Assembly: GCA_016708565.1 (NCBI GenBank)
Contig: JADJFN010000037.1
Span: forward strand, 1 to 64,000
Direction of reading: 5' to 3'
Length of the DNA stretch: 64,000 nucleotides
DNA from: Myxococcales bacterium
GTDB lineage: Bacteria > Myxococcota_A > Polyangia > Haliangiales > Haliangiaceae
The notes beneath the pieces are model-generated. The model worked only from the letters and a program-made list of their open reading frames with translations. It was not told where the DNA came from and searched no databases. The position numbers and the translations under genes are program-made. Shown in pieces: positions 29,136-38,412 of the stretch; within the stretch, counting starts at the first letter, position 1, and every line of letters begins with the position of its first letter.

Positions 29136-29196
29136 GGGCACGCCGGCCGCCAACTCGCCCGCGAGCGCCGCCCGGGTGGCGCGGGGGGGGCCGTTC

Positions 29197-30273
29197 TCAG
29201 CAGTCGCCGGCGGGCGCCGGAGCGTGGGTGACGGCCCAGCCGAACTCGGGGGCGAGCGTGCCGTCGGCGTCCTCGATGACGCCGAACAGGCCGGCGACGA
29301 AGCGCATGGGGTGGCGCTCGCGGGTGCGGACGTCGGTCACGGTGACCGGGGCGCTGGCGAGGCCGCCGGGGAGCGCGCTCAGGCTGGGGCCCGGGGTGTC
29401 GCGCCAGTCGCGCGGCGCGCGGGCGAAGTTCGCTTGCCAGGCCGCCATGTGCGGGTTGGCGATCGGCTGCTTGGTGCGCCAGTCGACCAGGTAGGGGAAC
29501 AGCACGTTGATCCACCCGGTGAGCGCGGCGCCCATCGAGCCGCTCTGGTAGTGGAAGAACGAGCGCCAGAACGGCGCGTCGTCGGCGCCCTCGGCGGTCG
29601 CGACGATGTGATCGAGCACCGGCAGCAGCGCGCCGGTCCAGTGCTCGAGGCCGTATTCAGACAGGTGTTGGGCCCGCCGACGCACCGATCGCCAGTCGTC
29701 GGGCGTGCCGCGCAGCGTGACCTGCGGGATGCCGCAGCCGCACATCATCTCGTACTCGAAGTAGCCCTGGAACGTGTCCATCAGCAGCACCTCGGTGGCG
29801 GCGCGCTCCAGCGGGCCGGTCGTCGAGAAGTCGGCCACCACCAGGTCCCGCAGCTTGCCGACGTGGCCGGCGATCTGCTCGGAGAACGCGGCGAACGCCT
29901 CGGGCCACGGGTTGGGCTGGCCGAGCAGGAAGTCGGGGCGCTCGACCACCAGCTTCACCTTGCCGGCGTGGCGGACGAAGCGCGCGCGCAGCGCCTCGGC
30001 GTTGGCGTTGACGTGGGTCGCGAAGCCCTGCGCGATCGTGAACCACAGCGCGTCGGGCGTCAGCGCGATCGGTCGGTGCTCGTAGAACGCGTCGTGCGCC
30101 ATCTGCACCAGCGGCGAGACGTCGGTGCACGCCACCAGCCGCGCCGCGCTGGCGTAGACCTGCTCGACGCGCGCCGCCGGCGCGCTCAACAGCGACGCGA
30201 GCGCCGCGCCCCGATCGAGCTCCGCGCGGGGCCCCGCCGCCCGCGCCACGTCCGATACCGCGAAGGTCCGCAT
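29197..30273 (-). CDS. Hypothetical protein (possibly DUF4419-like)
   Basis: Start MRTFAVSDVARAAG chosen; the upstream 121 track codons are Arg/Ser-rich shadow. Motif FEYEMMCGCGIPQVTLRGTPDDW. Confidence 0.5.
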   Translation of the reverse strand: MRTFAVSDVARAAGPRAELDRGAALASLLSAPAARVEQVYASAARLVACTDVSPLVQMAHDAFYEHRPIALTPDALWFTIAQGFATHVNANAEALRARFVRHAGKVKLVVERPDFLLGQPNPWPEAFAAFSEQIAGHVGKLRDLVVADFSTTGPLERAATEVLLMDTFQGYFEYEMMCGCGIPQVTLRGTPDDWRSVRRRAQHLSEYGLEHWTGALLPVLDHIVATAEGADDAPFWRSFFHYQSGSMGAALTGWINVLFPYLVDWRTKQPIANPHMAAWQANFARAPRDWRDTPGPSLSALPGGLASAPVTVTDVRTRERHPMRFVAGLFGVIEDADGTLAPEFGWAVTHAPAPAGDC

Positions 30274-30361
30274 CGCCCGACTGTATCGGTGAGTGCGCCG
30301 CGGTGGGCGACCAACCGCCGGGATGGCCGGCGCGCACGGGGCAGGGCATCCTGACGCTGCC

Positions 30362-31282
30362 ATGATCGAACTCCAGGTCGTGCCCGGCCCCGCTGTGACG
30401 CGCGAGGCGTTCCTGCGCACGCACCCGCCGTACTCGATCGCGCTCGACGGGTACGTGCACGGCGCGCCGTTCCTCGACGTCCGCGACGACGGCCCGCGCC
30501 GCAACTTCAACCACCACGAGGCCGTCGATCGCAGCTGCACCAGCGCGACCTGCGAGCAGGTGCGGCGGGCGGTGCTGCTCGGGCTGTACGATCTGTTTCG
30601 GGACGACGGTGGTCGACGGGCCGTGCTGTGGGTCAACGACTGCGATCAGGACGTCTGCCTGGCCACCTGGATCCTCATGAACGCCGATCGGGCGGCCGAG
30701 CCGCTGGTCCGGCAACTGACGCAGATCGAAGACCTGCTCGACTCGTCGAGCGGGACGTTCCCGATGCCGCACGATGGCGATCTGCTGGCCGAGGTGCGGT
30801 GGGTGTTCGATCCCTACGCCCGCGTGCGCGCGCGGCTGGTCGGCATGGGCGCGGCGCAGATGCGCGGCGTGATCGACGACGTCCACCTGCGCATCGACCA
30901 GTTCGTGATCGGCCGCGCCGGCGCCGTCCCGCTGGAGGGCGGGTACCAGCGCGTCGGCGGCGGCGCGTGGTGGCTGGTCGAGGTGGCGCATCCCCACGCG
31001 CGCGAGCGGCTGGTCGCCGCCGGCGTGCGCGCCGCGGTCGAGTTGACGGCACGGGTCGGTGATCGCTACGCGTACGCGCTGTGGCGCCGGTCGGAGTACA
31101 TCGCCTGGTTCCCGGTCCCGGCGATCCTCGCGGCGCTGAACGTGGCCGAGGGGCTGGCGCCCGACGCGGCCGACGGCTGGGGTGGCGCCGAGACGGTCGG
31201 CGGCTCGCCGCGCGGCCGCGGCTCGAGGCTCACGCCCGCCGAGGTCGAGGCGGTGGTCGACGCCATCGTGGCCCACCGTTGA
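30362..31282 (+). CDS. Hypothetical protein
   Basis: Start MIELQVVPGPAV; divergent from 29197..30273; no known motif. Confidence 0.5.
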   Translation: MIELQVVPGPAVTREAFLRTHPPYSIALDGYVHGAPFLDVRDDGPRRNFNHHEAVDRSCTSATCEQVRRAVLLGLYDLFRDDGGRRAVLWVNDCDQDVCLATWILMNADRAAEPLVRQLTQIEDLLDSSSGTFPMPHDGDLLAEVRWVFDPYARVRARLVGMGAAQMRGVIDDVHLRIDQFVIGRAGAVPLEGGYQRVGGGAWWLVEVAHPHARERLVAAGVRAAVELTARVGDRYAYALWRRSEYIAWFPVPAILAALNVAEGLAPDAADGWGGAETVGGSPRGRGSRLTPAEVEAVVDAIVAHR

Positions 31283-31334
31283 CGTCGGTGAACCGCCGAC
31301 GGGCGCGGCGGCCAGGCCGTGGCAGACTCGGCGC

Positions 31335-32384
31335 GTGGCACGCCTGCGCGACGTGATGATCGTGACGCTGCTGGTCGGTGGATGCGCGGCGCGCGGTGGG
31401 ACGGCGGGCGGCGGAGCGCCGGGACCGCAGGCTCCGACGGAGGTCTCGCCGGCGGCGACGCCGGGCGGGGGCGGCGCGAGCGCGGGTGCGGCGCCGGCGA
31501 TCGTCGTCGGGCGCAAGGCGGTGGTCGATGTGGTGGCGGACGACGCGGCGGCGAAGCTGCGGGCGTTCGTCGACGCGCACCCGGACGATCCGCGGTTCAC
31601 GCCCGACGCGCTGTTGCGCCTCGGCACGCTGGACATCGATCGCGCCGAGCGCGCGCTCGACGCCGATCCGGCGGCGGTGGCGGCGCTGGCGACGCGCGCG
31701 CAGGCGACGTTGCGCGACGCGCGGGATCGCTTCCCGGCGTACCCCCGCCGCGATCTGATCCTCTACCAGCTCGGCTACGCGAGCGAGCTGGCGGGCGACG
31801 CGGCCGGCGCGCGCGACGCGTACCAGGCGCTCGCCGCCATCACGGGCTCGGCGCTGGCGGACGAGGGCTGGTTCCGGCTCGGCGAGCAGGCGTTCCTCGA
31901 CGACGATCTGCCGGCGGCGGTCGCCGCGTACCAGCACGTCGCGACCGTGGCGCCGTTCGCGACGATCGTCGCGTACAAGGTGGCGTGGGCCCACTGGCGC
32001 GCCGGCGACATGGCCGCCGCGGCGCGCGCCTTCGACGCGTTCCTTGCGCGGCCCGAGCCCGACGCCGCGTCGCTGATGCCCGAGGCGCGGCAGTACCTCG
32101 CGCTCGCGCTGGTCGAGGCCGATCAGGACGGCGACGGCGTGCTCGAGCCCATCGCGAGCGACGGGACCTCGACGAGCGTCGCGCGCGCGCTGGCGTACGG
32201 GCGCGGCCACGCCGGGGTGCCCGGGCGCGCGGTGGTCGCGCTGGCCGCCGACGCGCTGGTCGACGAGGCCCGCTACGCCGAGGCCGAGGCGATCTACGAT
32301 CAGCTCCTGGCCGGCGACCTGACGGCCGACGAGCGCGCCCGCGTCGAGGCGAGCCGCCGCCGCGCGCGCGATCTGCGGCGCTGA
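31335..32384 (+). CDS. TPR-repeat lipoprotein
   Basis: GTG start VARLRDVMIVTLLVGGCAARG (lipobox LVGGC); alternative ATG at 31356. TPR-like helices. Confidence 0.6.
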   Translation: MARLRDVMIVTLLVGGCAARGGTAGGGAPGPQAPTEVSPAATPGGGGASAGAAPAIVVGRKAVVDVVADDAAAKLRAFVDAHPDDPRFTPDALLRLGTLDIDRAERALDADPAAVAALATRAQATLRDARDRFPAYPRRDLILYQLGYASELAGDAAGARDAYQALAAITGSALADEGWFRLGEQAFLDDDLPAAVAAYQHVATVAPFATIVAYKVAWAHWRAGDMAAAARAFDAFLARPEPDAASLMPEARQYLALALVEADQDGDGVLEPIASDGTSTSVARALAYGRGHAGVPGRAVVALAADALVDEARYAEAEAIYDQLLAGDLTADERARVEASRRRARDLRR

Positions 32385-32397
32385 CCGTCGACGCGCG

Positions 32398-32715
32398 TCA
32401 CCACGCGACCGGCCAGTCGATGGCCTCGAGCAGCCCGATCAGCTCGTCGCGCGTCGCGGTCTCGATCACGATCTCGCCGGTCGGTTGAGCCAGCGCGTGG
32501 TGATCCTCGGGCATCCAGCCGCGACCTGCGGCCAGGGCGGCGGTGCGCGCGGCGTCGGCCTCGGCGTCGTCGACGACCAGCCGGCGCACGCGGAACCGAT
32601 CGTCCTGCTCGACGATGGCGACGAACGGATGGGGTGAGCCCATCCACAGGGGCAGCGTCCCCGCCCGCACGGCGGCGAGGGCACGCGCGCGACCGACCGG
32701 CGCGACAGGAGCCAT
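32398..32715 (-). CDS. Small hypothetical protein (105 aa)
   Basis: MAPVAPVGRARALAAVRAGTLPLWMGSPHPFVAIVEQDDRF... Confidence 0.35.
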   Translation of the reverse strand: MAPVAPVGRARALAAVRAGTLPLWMGSPHPFVAIVEQDDRFRVRRLVVDDAEADAARTAALAAGRGWMPEDHHALAQPTGEIVIETATRDELIGLLEAIDWPVAW

Positions 32716-32771
32716 GGCCAGACCTTCGCACGGATGCGCGCCCGATGATCGCTGCGTCGCGGCGCTGACGC

Positions 32772-33404
32772 TCAGACCCGCTCGTTGAAGCCGCGCCCGG
32801 CGAGGATGTCTTCGGCGCACTTGTCGACCCGGCGCTCGCGGGTCGCCGGCTGCTTGGCGCCGGAGACGTGCAGGATGTGGCTGCGTCGGCGGCCCGGCGT
32901 CAGGGCGTCGAACGCGCGCCGCAGCTTCGGGTCGGCGGCCAGGCGCCGCGCGAGCTCGTCGGGTACCGGCTCGGCTTTGGTGCGGGGCGCCACCTCACCG
33001 CCCGCGCGCTCCAACGCGATCGCCAGGTCGATGAGGCGCTTGGCGGCCTGCTTGTGCTTCTTGACGTCCGCCAGCGAGCGCACCTTCAGCATGCGGACGG
33101 CCTGCGAGTTGGGCCCCGGGGCCTCGAGGAGCTCGTCGGGATCGTCGAGCGCGGCGCCCTTGAAGAACTGCAGCGCGCAGTGCTCCTTGAACGCGACCAC
33201 CATCAGCACGTTCTTGCCGTCGAGCGTGTAGCAGGGGAAGCCCCACTTCATCTCCTCGACCAGGCCGTCGGCCAGCGCCAGCGCGCGCAGCGCCTCGAGC
33301 ACCGCGGTCCACGCGTGCACCTTGCACGCCGGCGTCTGGAACCGCTCGCAGCGGCCGCAGCCGTCCTTGATGTACGACGCGAAGCTGGTGTTGTTCATCG
33401 CCAT
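32772..33404 (-). CDS. YdeI/OmpD-associated family protein (DUF1801-type)
   Basis: MAMNNTSFASYIKDGCGRCERFQTPACKVHAW... then C-terminal YdeI-like region (FDALTPGRRRSHILHVSGAKQPATRERRVDKCAEDI). Confidence 0.65.
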   Translation of the reverse strand: MAMNNTSFASYIKDGCGRCERFQTPACKVHAWTAVLEALRALALADGLVEEMKWGFPCYTLDGKNVLMVVAFKEHCALQFFKGAALDDPDELLEAPGPNSQAVRMLKVRSLADVKKHKQAAKRLIDLAIALERAGGEVAPRTKAEPVPDELARRLAADPKLRRAFDALTPGRRRSHILHVSGAKQPATRERRVDKCAEDILAGRGFNERV

Positions 33405-33564
33405 GCGCGCTGGCGCATCGTAGCGCAACGGCCGCCGCCAGCGGGTATGCATCGGCCGCGAGCACGAGCGACTTGACCATTCCCAGGCCCATACCGCGTG
33501 CTCGTCGACGGGACGGTCGTGGCCGAGCGCGAAGGCCACGGACCGCGTTCTTCTGACGCCGCGA

Positions 33565-34050
33565 TCAGAACGCGCCGCCGATCGACAGCATGCGCGGCGT
33601 CGGCTCGTCGCTGGCGCGCGACAGGTAGGCGGCGTCGATGATCTGCGCGACGACCATGCCAGCGGCGACGCCGGCCAGCGCGCCGGGCCAGCAGCTCAGC
33701 TCCTCGTCGTCCTCCCCGCGCTGGCCGCTGTGCAGGCCGCAGCCGATCGCGGCGCCGACCAGCGGTACGGCGAGCCGCACGCCGAAGCTCTCGCCAGCGC
33801 GCGCCCACTTGCCGTACGCGGCGTGGACGATCGGCGCGCCGAGCGCGTAGCCGACCATGCCGGCCGGCGCCGTGCTGGCGACGTTGAACACGCCGGCGGC
33901 GATCGCGACGTCCGAGATGAGATCGATGGCGATCACCGGTGCTCGATCGGCGTCATCGGCGCGCGCCAGCCGCGGCGCGAGCGCCACGATCGCGATCGCG
34001 ATCGCCCACGCGCAGACCTTCGGCGACGAGGTGTCGTTGCGGCGACCCAT
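33565..34050 (-). CDS. Small secreted Gly/Ala-rich (glycine-zipper-like) protein, paralog A
   Basis: Signal peptide. Ends ...DEPTPRMLSIGGAF. About 45% identical to 34756..35235. Confidence 0.45.
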   Translation of the reverse strand: MGRRNDTSSPKVCAWAIAIAIVALAPRLARADDADRAPVIAIDLISDVAIAAGVFNVASTAPAGMVGYALGAPIVHAAYGKWARAGESFGVRLAVPLVGAAIGCGLHSGQRGEDDEELSCWPGALAGVAAGMVVAQIIDAAYLSRASDEPTPRMLSIGGAF

Positions 34051-34211
34051 GGATCGTGCGCATGCATCTCGCGCGCCGCGACGCCGACCGCGCGCGGATG
34101 CGGTGGCGCGCAGCGGTGTCGAGGTCTTGACGTCAGGGATCGCACGGCGCCCGACGCGTGTGCGGCCGCGCACGATTAGACCGGGCCGGTCGGCGGTCCG
34201 TATGCACGAGG

Positions 34212-34679
34212 GTGACCCGCCTCGCTGTACTGACGCTCCTCCTCTCGATCGCTGCGTGCGCGTCCTCCTCCCCGGCGCCGCGCGCGGCCGCACCGCCACC
34301 GCCGCTGGCCAGCGACGGCTCGTCGGGGATCGCCGGCACGGTCGCGATCCTCACCGGCGACCACATGCCGCCGATGCCGCCGGGCGCCGACGCGCCGACG
34401 CCGGCCGCGGGCGCGCCGGTCCACGTCTTGCGCGGCGCGCACGCGCTGATGGCGGTGATCGATCGCGGCAGCGCGGACTACGTGGGCATCGTCACGACCG
34501 ATCGTGATGGGCGCTTTCGCGTGGCGCTGCCCGCGGGTACGTACACGGTGCTGACCGAGCACGCGGGCGCGCCGTACCTCAACTGCTTCAGCGGCGATGG
34601 CACCTGGTGCACGGTGACCGTGGCGGATGGTGCGTGGAGCGAGACCCAGATCGTCGACTCGGCGGACGCGACCTTCTGA
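34212..34679 (+). CDS. Lipoprotein with carboxypeptidase-regulatory-like domain
   Basis: GTG start, VTRLAVLTLLLSIAACASS lipobox; GTVAILTGD...GRFRVALPAGTYTV. Confidence 0.5.
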   Translation: MTRLAVLTLLLSIAACASSSPAPRAAAPPPPLASDGSSGIAGTVAILTGDHMPPMPPGADAPTPAAGAPVHVLRGAHALMAVIDRGSADYVGIVTTDRDGRFRVALPAGTYTVLTEHAGAPYLNCFSGDGTWCTVTVADGAWSETQIVDSADATF

Positions 34680-34755
34680 GGTCGGCGCTGTGCGAGGCGC
34701 CACGGCGGCGGGCCGCGCGACTTGCGGCACGGCCGGCGGTGCGCGATCGTCCCGC

Positions 34756-35235
34756 ATGGCTGGACGAGTCATCCTCGCGGGCGTCGCGGCGGTCGCGATC
34801 ACGACGTCGGCCGCGCGGCCGGCGCGGGGCGAGGACGGCGAGACCTATCGCGGCACGATGGCGATCGTCGACGTGACCAGCGTGGCGGTGATCGCGAGCG
34901 CGGCCGCGGGCGAGTCGGCGCCGGGGATCGCGATCGGGTTCGCGGGCTACGCGTTCGGCAGCCCGATCGTGCACGCGGCCCACGGGCGCTGGGGCACCGC
35001 CGGTCTCGCCTTCGGCCTGCGGGTCGGTGTGCCGGCGGTGGCGGCCCTGATCGGCTGTGGCGCCGGCAAGAGCGGCAAGCACGGCGGCATCGGCGACGCG
35101 TTCGGCTGCCTGGCCGGCGGCGCGCTGGCGTCCGGCGTGGCGGTGGTGGCCGGCGTGATCATCGACTACGCGGTGCTCGCCTCGGTCGACGACTCGCCGA
35201 CGCCGATGATGCTGAGCTACGGCGTCGCCTTCTAG
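34756..35235 (+). CDS. Small secreted Gly/Ala-rich protein, paralog B
   Basis: MAGRVILAGVAAVAITTSAARPARG signal peptide; ends ...DDSPTPMMLSYGVAF. Confidence 0.45.
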   Translation: MAGRVILAGVAAVAITTSAARPARGEDGETYRGTMAIVDVTSVAVIASAAAGESAPGIAIGFAGYAFGSPIVHAAHGRWGTAGLAFGLRVGVPAVAALIGCGAGKSGKHGGIGDAFGCLAGGALASGVAVVAGVIIDYAVLASVDDSPTPMMLSYGVAF

Positions 35236-35246
35236 CCGGCGGCGGG

Positions 35247-36026
35247 CTAGCTCTTGCAGCGACGCGCGAGCAAGCCGGTGGCGAGCGCGAGGTCGAGGTC
35301 GGCGACGAGCAAGCCGGCCTCGCCGTAGGGCTGGTAGGCGAGCAGGGTGCCGTCGGGGTTGGCGATCGCCGAGGTCGTCGCCGAGCCCGCGCTGGCGTAG
35401 TTGACGCTCGCGAAGTAGCAGGTGTTCTCGGCCGCGCGGCACAGCACGGCCTTCTCGTGGAAGGTGTTGGCCGGATCTGCGAACGTCGTCGGGCGATACC
35501 CGCCGGGCTCGGCGGGATGGTAGTGCGGGTGGAACACCACGTGGGCGCCGCGCCGCGCCGCGAAGCGCACGGTCTCGGGGTAGCGCCAGCCCTCGTGGCA
35601 GATCACCACGCCGAACGCGAGGTCGTCGGTCTGGAACACCTGGCGCTCGTGGCCGGGCGCGTAGGTGTCGTCCTCGCTCGGATCGAGCTGCACCTTGTCC
35701 TGGAAGCCGAGGCGCGCGCCGCGCGCGTCGATCACCAGCGCCGTCGGGACCACCGCGCCGTCGACGATGCGCTCGGTGCCGAGCACGACCACGACCCTGG
35801 CCGCGGCGGCCGCCTGCGCGATCGCGCCCCACGCGCGCTCCAGGAACGCGGCGTCGGGGGCGGGCGGCGCGTGGCCGAGCCCGCGGTATCCGGGCACGTA
35901 GCATTCGGGGAAGCACACGACCCGCGCACCGGCGCGGCCCGCGCTGGCGACGGCGTCGACGGCGAGCGCGATCGACTGATCGGGTGACGCGGGATACGGC
36001 AGGTTGGCGAGCGCGATCCGCACCAT
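35247..36026 (-). CDS. Carbon-nitrogen hydrolase (nitrilase superfamily)
   Basis: E-K-C triad context (VVCFPECYVPGY ... VVICHEGWRYPE). Confidence 0.8.
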   Translation of the reverse strand: MVRIALANLPYPASPDQSIALAVDAVASAGRAGARVVCFPECYVPGYRGLGHAPPAPDAAFLERAWGAIAQAAAAARVVVVLGTERIVDGAVVPTALVIDARGARLGFQDKVQLDPSEDDTYAPGHERQVFQTDDLAFGVVICHEGWRYPETVRFAARRGAHVVFHPHYHPAEPGGYRPTTFADPANTFHEKAVLCRAAENTCYFASVNYASAGSATTSAIANPDGTLLAYQPYGEAGLLVADLDLALATGLLARRCKS

Positions 36027-36056
36027 CGCTGGAGTCTAGAGCGGATCCGGCGCCCC

Positions 36057-36812
36057 TCAGCGATCGCGGCAACAGCGGAAGCCGATCTCGTAGAAGCGGA
36101 ACGTGTCGCCGTGGACCAGGACGTTGCTCTGGCAGGTCCGGGCCTCGGCCCAGTAGCGGCCCTTGAGGTTGCCGTGGAACTGCGGCTGGCCGCCGTCGCG
36201 GCGCCGGGTCCACTCCTCGACGTCGCCGACCAGATCGTAGACGCCGGCGGGGCCGACGCAGCCGGCCCGCGCGCCACCGCCGCTGCCCTGGTACAGCGCG
36301 TCGACGTGATCGGCGGCGGCGGCGGCGGTCGGCGACACGGCTCGCGCCGCCGTCAGCAGCGCGGCCAGCGAGTCGATCGTCGGGCTCGACGCCGCGGCCG
36401 GCCAGCCGTTCAACAGCGACTGAGTGTACGCGCGCCAGGTCGCGTCGTCGTTGCACGTGCCCGGCACCCGCGTCGCGCCGTACGGGTACGCCAGGCCGTC
36501 GGGGCCGGCGCACGCGGCCTGCCACTCGTCGTCGAAGCACAGCCGGCGACCGCGCGCCGCGCACCACGCCTCGGCCTCGACGAACGTGTACATCACCAGC
36601 GGCAGCGCGCCGGCGCGGTTGGGCGCCTCGTAGCGATCCATGCACGCGGCGCCGACCTCGACCATGTCGGCCGGGCAGACGGGGGCGTCGAGCGATGCCC
36701 CGTCGGGCGGCCCGTCGACCGACGCGTCGGGCGGCCCGTCGCTCGCGCCGCCGCACGCGCCCAGCGCGACCATCGCGGCGGCGATCGCGGTCAGCGGGAC
36801 GGTCGCGTGCAT
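36057..36812 (-). CDS. Formylglycine-generating-enzyme (FGE-sulfatase) domain lipoprotein
   Basis: MHATVPLTAIAAAMVALGACGG lipobox; FGE-like motifs (GLAYPYG ... RGGSW-like ... FRCCRD). Confidence 0.7.
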   Translation of the reverse strand: MHATVPLTAIAAAMVALGACGGASDGPPDASVDGPPDGASLDAPVCPADMVEVGAACMDRYEAPNRAGALPLVMYTFVEAEAWCAARGRRLCFDDEWQAACAGPDGLAYPYGATRVPGTCNDDATWRAYTQSLLNGWPAAASSPTIDSLAALLTAARAVSPTAAAAADHVDALYQGSGGGARAGCVGPAGVYDLVGDVEEWTRRRDGGQPQFHGNLKGRYWAEARTCQSNVLVHGDTFRFYEIGFRCCRDR

Positions 36813-36886
36813 CGCGCGATTGTACGCGCGCCGCCGCGCCGCGCGCGCGGCTTGCGCCGTCGCTGCGCGCGTGGTCACGTCGTGGC

Positions 36887-37681
36887 GTGCGTCTGGCGTG
36901 GCTGACCGACATCCACCTCGACTTCGTGACGCCGGCCGAGGTCGCCGCGCTGGCGCAGGCGATCGACGCCCGCGGCGCCGACGGCGTGATCGTGACCGGC
37001 GACATCGCGACCGGCCCGACGGTGGTCGCGCAGCTCGAGGCGCTGGCCGCCCCGCTGGCGCGCCCGGTGTGGTTCGTCCTCGGCAACCACGACTTCTACG
37101 GCGCGTCGATCGCGTCGGTCCGCGCCGAGGCCCGCGCGCTCACCGCGCGGCACACGCACCTGCGCTGGCTGCCCGCCGCCGGCGTGGTCCGGCTCGACGC
37201 GGCGACCGCGCTGATCGGCCACGACGGCTGGGGCGACGGCCGCCTCGGCGATCTCGCGGGCACGCGCGTGTTCCTCAGCGACTTCGTCTACATCGCCGAG
37301 CTGGCCGGGCTGGCGCAGGCCGCCTGGGCGCCGGTGCTGGGCGCGCTGGGCGACGAGGCGGCGGCGGCGCTGGCGCCGGCGCTGGCCGAGGCCCTGACCT
37401 GGGCGCGGCACGTCGTGGTCGCGACCCACGTGCCGCCGTTCCGCGACGCGTGCTGGCACGAGGGCGCGATCTCCGACGACGACTGGCTGCCGTTCTTCAC
37501 CTGCGCGGCGGTCGGCGAGGTGCTGCGCGCGGCGATGATCGCGCGCCCCGACGCGCGCGTGACCGTGCTGTGCGGCCACACCCACGGCGCCGGCGCCGTC
37601 GACGTGCTGCCCAACCTGCGGGTCGTCACCGGCGGCGCCGACTACGGCGCGCCGGCGCTGCAGGACGTGCTCGTCCTGTAA
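36887..37681 (+). CDS. Metallophosphoesterase (calcineurin-like)
   Basis: GTG start VRLAWLTDIHLDF; motifs TGDIA, GNHDFY, GHTH. Confidence 0.75.
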   Translation: MRLAWLTDIHLDFVTPAEVAALAQAIDARGADGVIVTGDIATGPTVVAQLEALAAPLARPVWFVLGNHDFYGASIASVRAEARALTARHTHLRWLPAAGVVRLDAATALIGHDGWGDGRLGDLAGTRVFLSDFVYIAELAGLAQAAWAPVLGALGDEAAAALAPALAEALTWARHVVVATHVPPFRDACWHEGAISDDDWLPFFTCAAVGEVLRAAMIARPDARVTVLCGHTHGAGAVDVLPNLRVVTGGADYGAPALQDVLVL

Positions 37682-37770
37682 GTGCCCGCGATGATGGGTG
37701 GTGTCCGGAGCACGGCGCTTTTTCTTCCGAACGCTGTCACATCGTGCGCGGCGCGCGCGCTACCTCCACG

Positions 37771-38412
37771 ATGACGCTCTCGAACTCGAAGCACGGCTTC
37801 CTCCTCTTCACCGCGGGGCTGGTCGGCTGCGCCGCGGGCGCCGCGCGCCCGCACGTGCAGCCGGTGCCGGCGCTCTCGGTGGTGGCGCCCACGACCGTCG
37901 CGCCTGCGGCGGCGGACCAACGCGAGCACTTCGACGAGCTGTGGTTCGTCCCGCCGGCGGGCTGGAGCCGCATCGACGCCACCAACGCGCAGCACGCGAT
38001 CTACATGCAGTTCGACCTCGGCACGCGCGAGCACAAGATCCCGGGCTTCTGCATGTTGCGGGTGTCGCGCACGCAAGCCGCACGCGGTGAGGTGGGCGAG
38101 GAGCTGGCCCGCGAGTGGGCCCGGGTGATCGTCGATGGTGGGAAGCGACCCGTGCCGATGATCCCGTCGACGAACACGCTCGTCATCGCCGGCTGGACCC
38201 TGGCGGCCGGCATCGGCGAGTATCAAGGCGTCGCCGCGCCGCAGGTCTCGGTCATGATCGCCTACCAGCGGGGCAACCGGGTCGCGTTTGGCCAGGTGGA
38301 CAGCGTCGTCGGGACGACCTGCCGGGCCGAGGGCGAACGCGCGCTCGCGACGATCGGTCCGCAGGCACCGGCGGCGGAGCAGCGCCCCGTCACGGCGACG
38401 GCGACGCCGTGA
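37771..38412 (+). CDS. Lipoprotein, hypothetical
   Basis: MTLSNSKHGFLLFTAGLVGCAAG lipobox. Confidence 0.5.
   Translation: MTLSNSKHGFLLFTAGLVGCAAGAARPHVQPVPALSVVAPTTVAPAAADQREHFDELWFVPPAGWSRIDATNAQHAIYMQFDLGTREHKIPGFCMLRVSRTQAARGEVGEELAREWARVIVDGGKRPVPMIPSTNTLVIAGWTLAAGIGEYQGVAAPQVSVMIAYQRGNRVAFGQVDSVVGTTCRAEGERALATIGPQAPAAEQRPVTATATP

Noticed and set aside
36640-38412. 590-aa plus-strand ORF
   Set aside because: Composite read-through. The real genes are the metallophosphoesterase (other frame) and the lipoprotein starting at ATG 37771.
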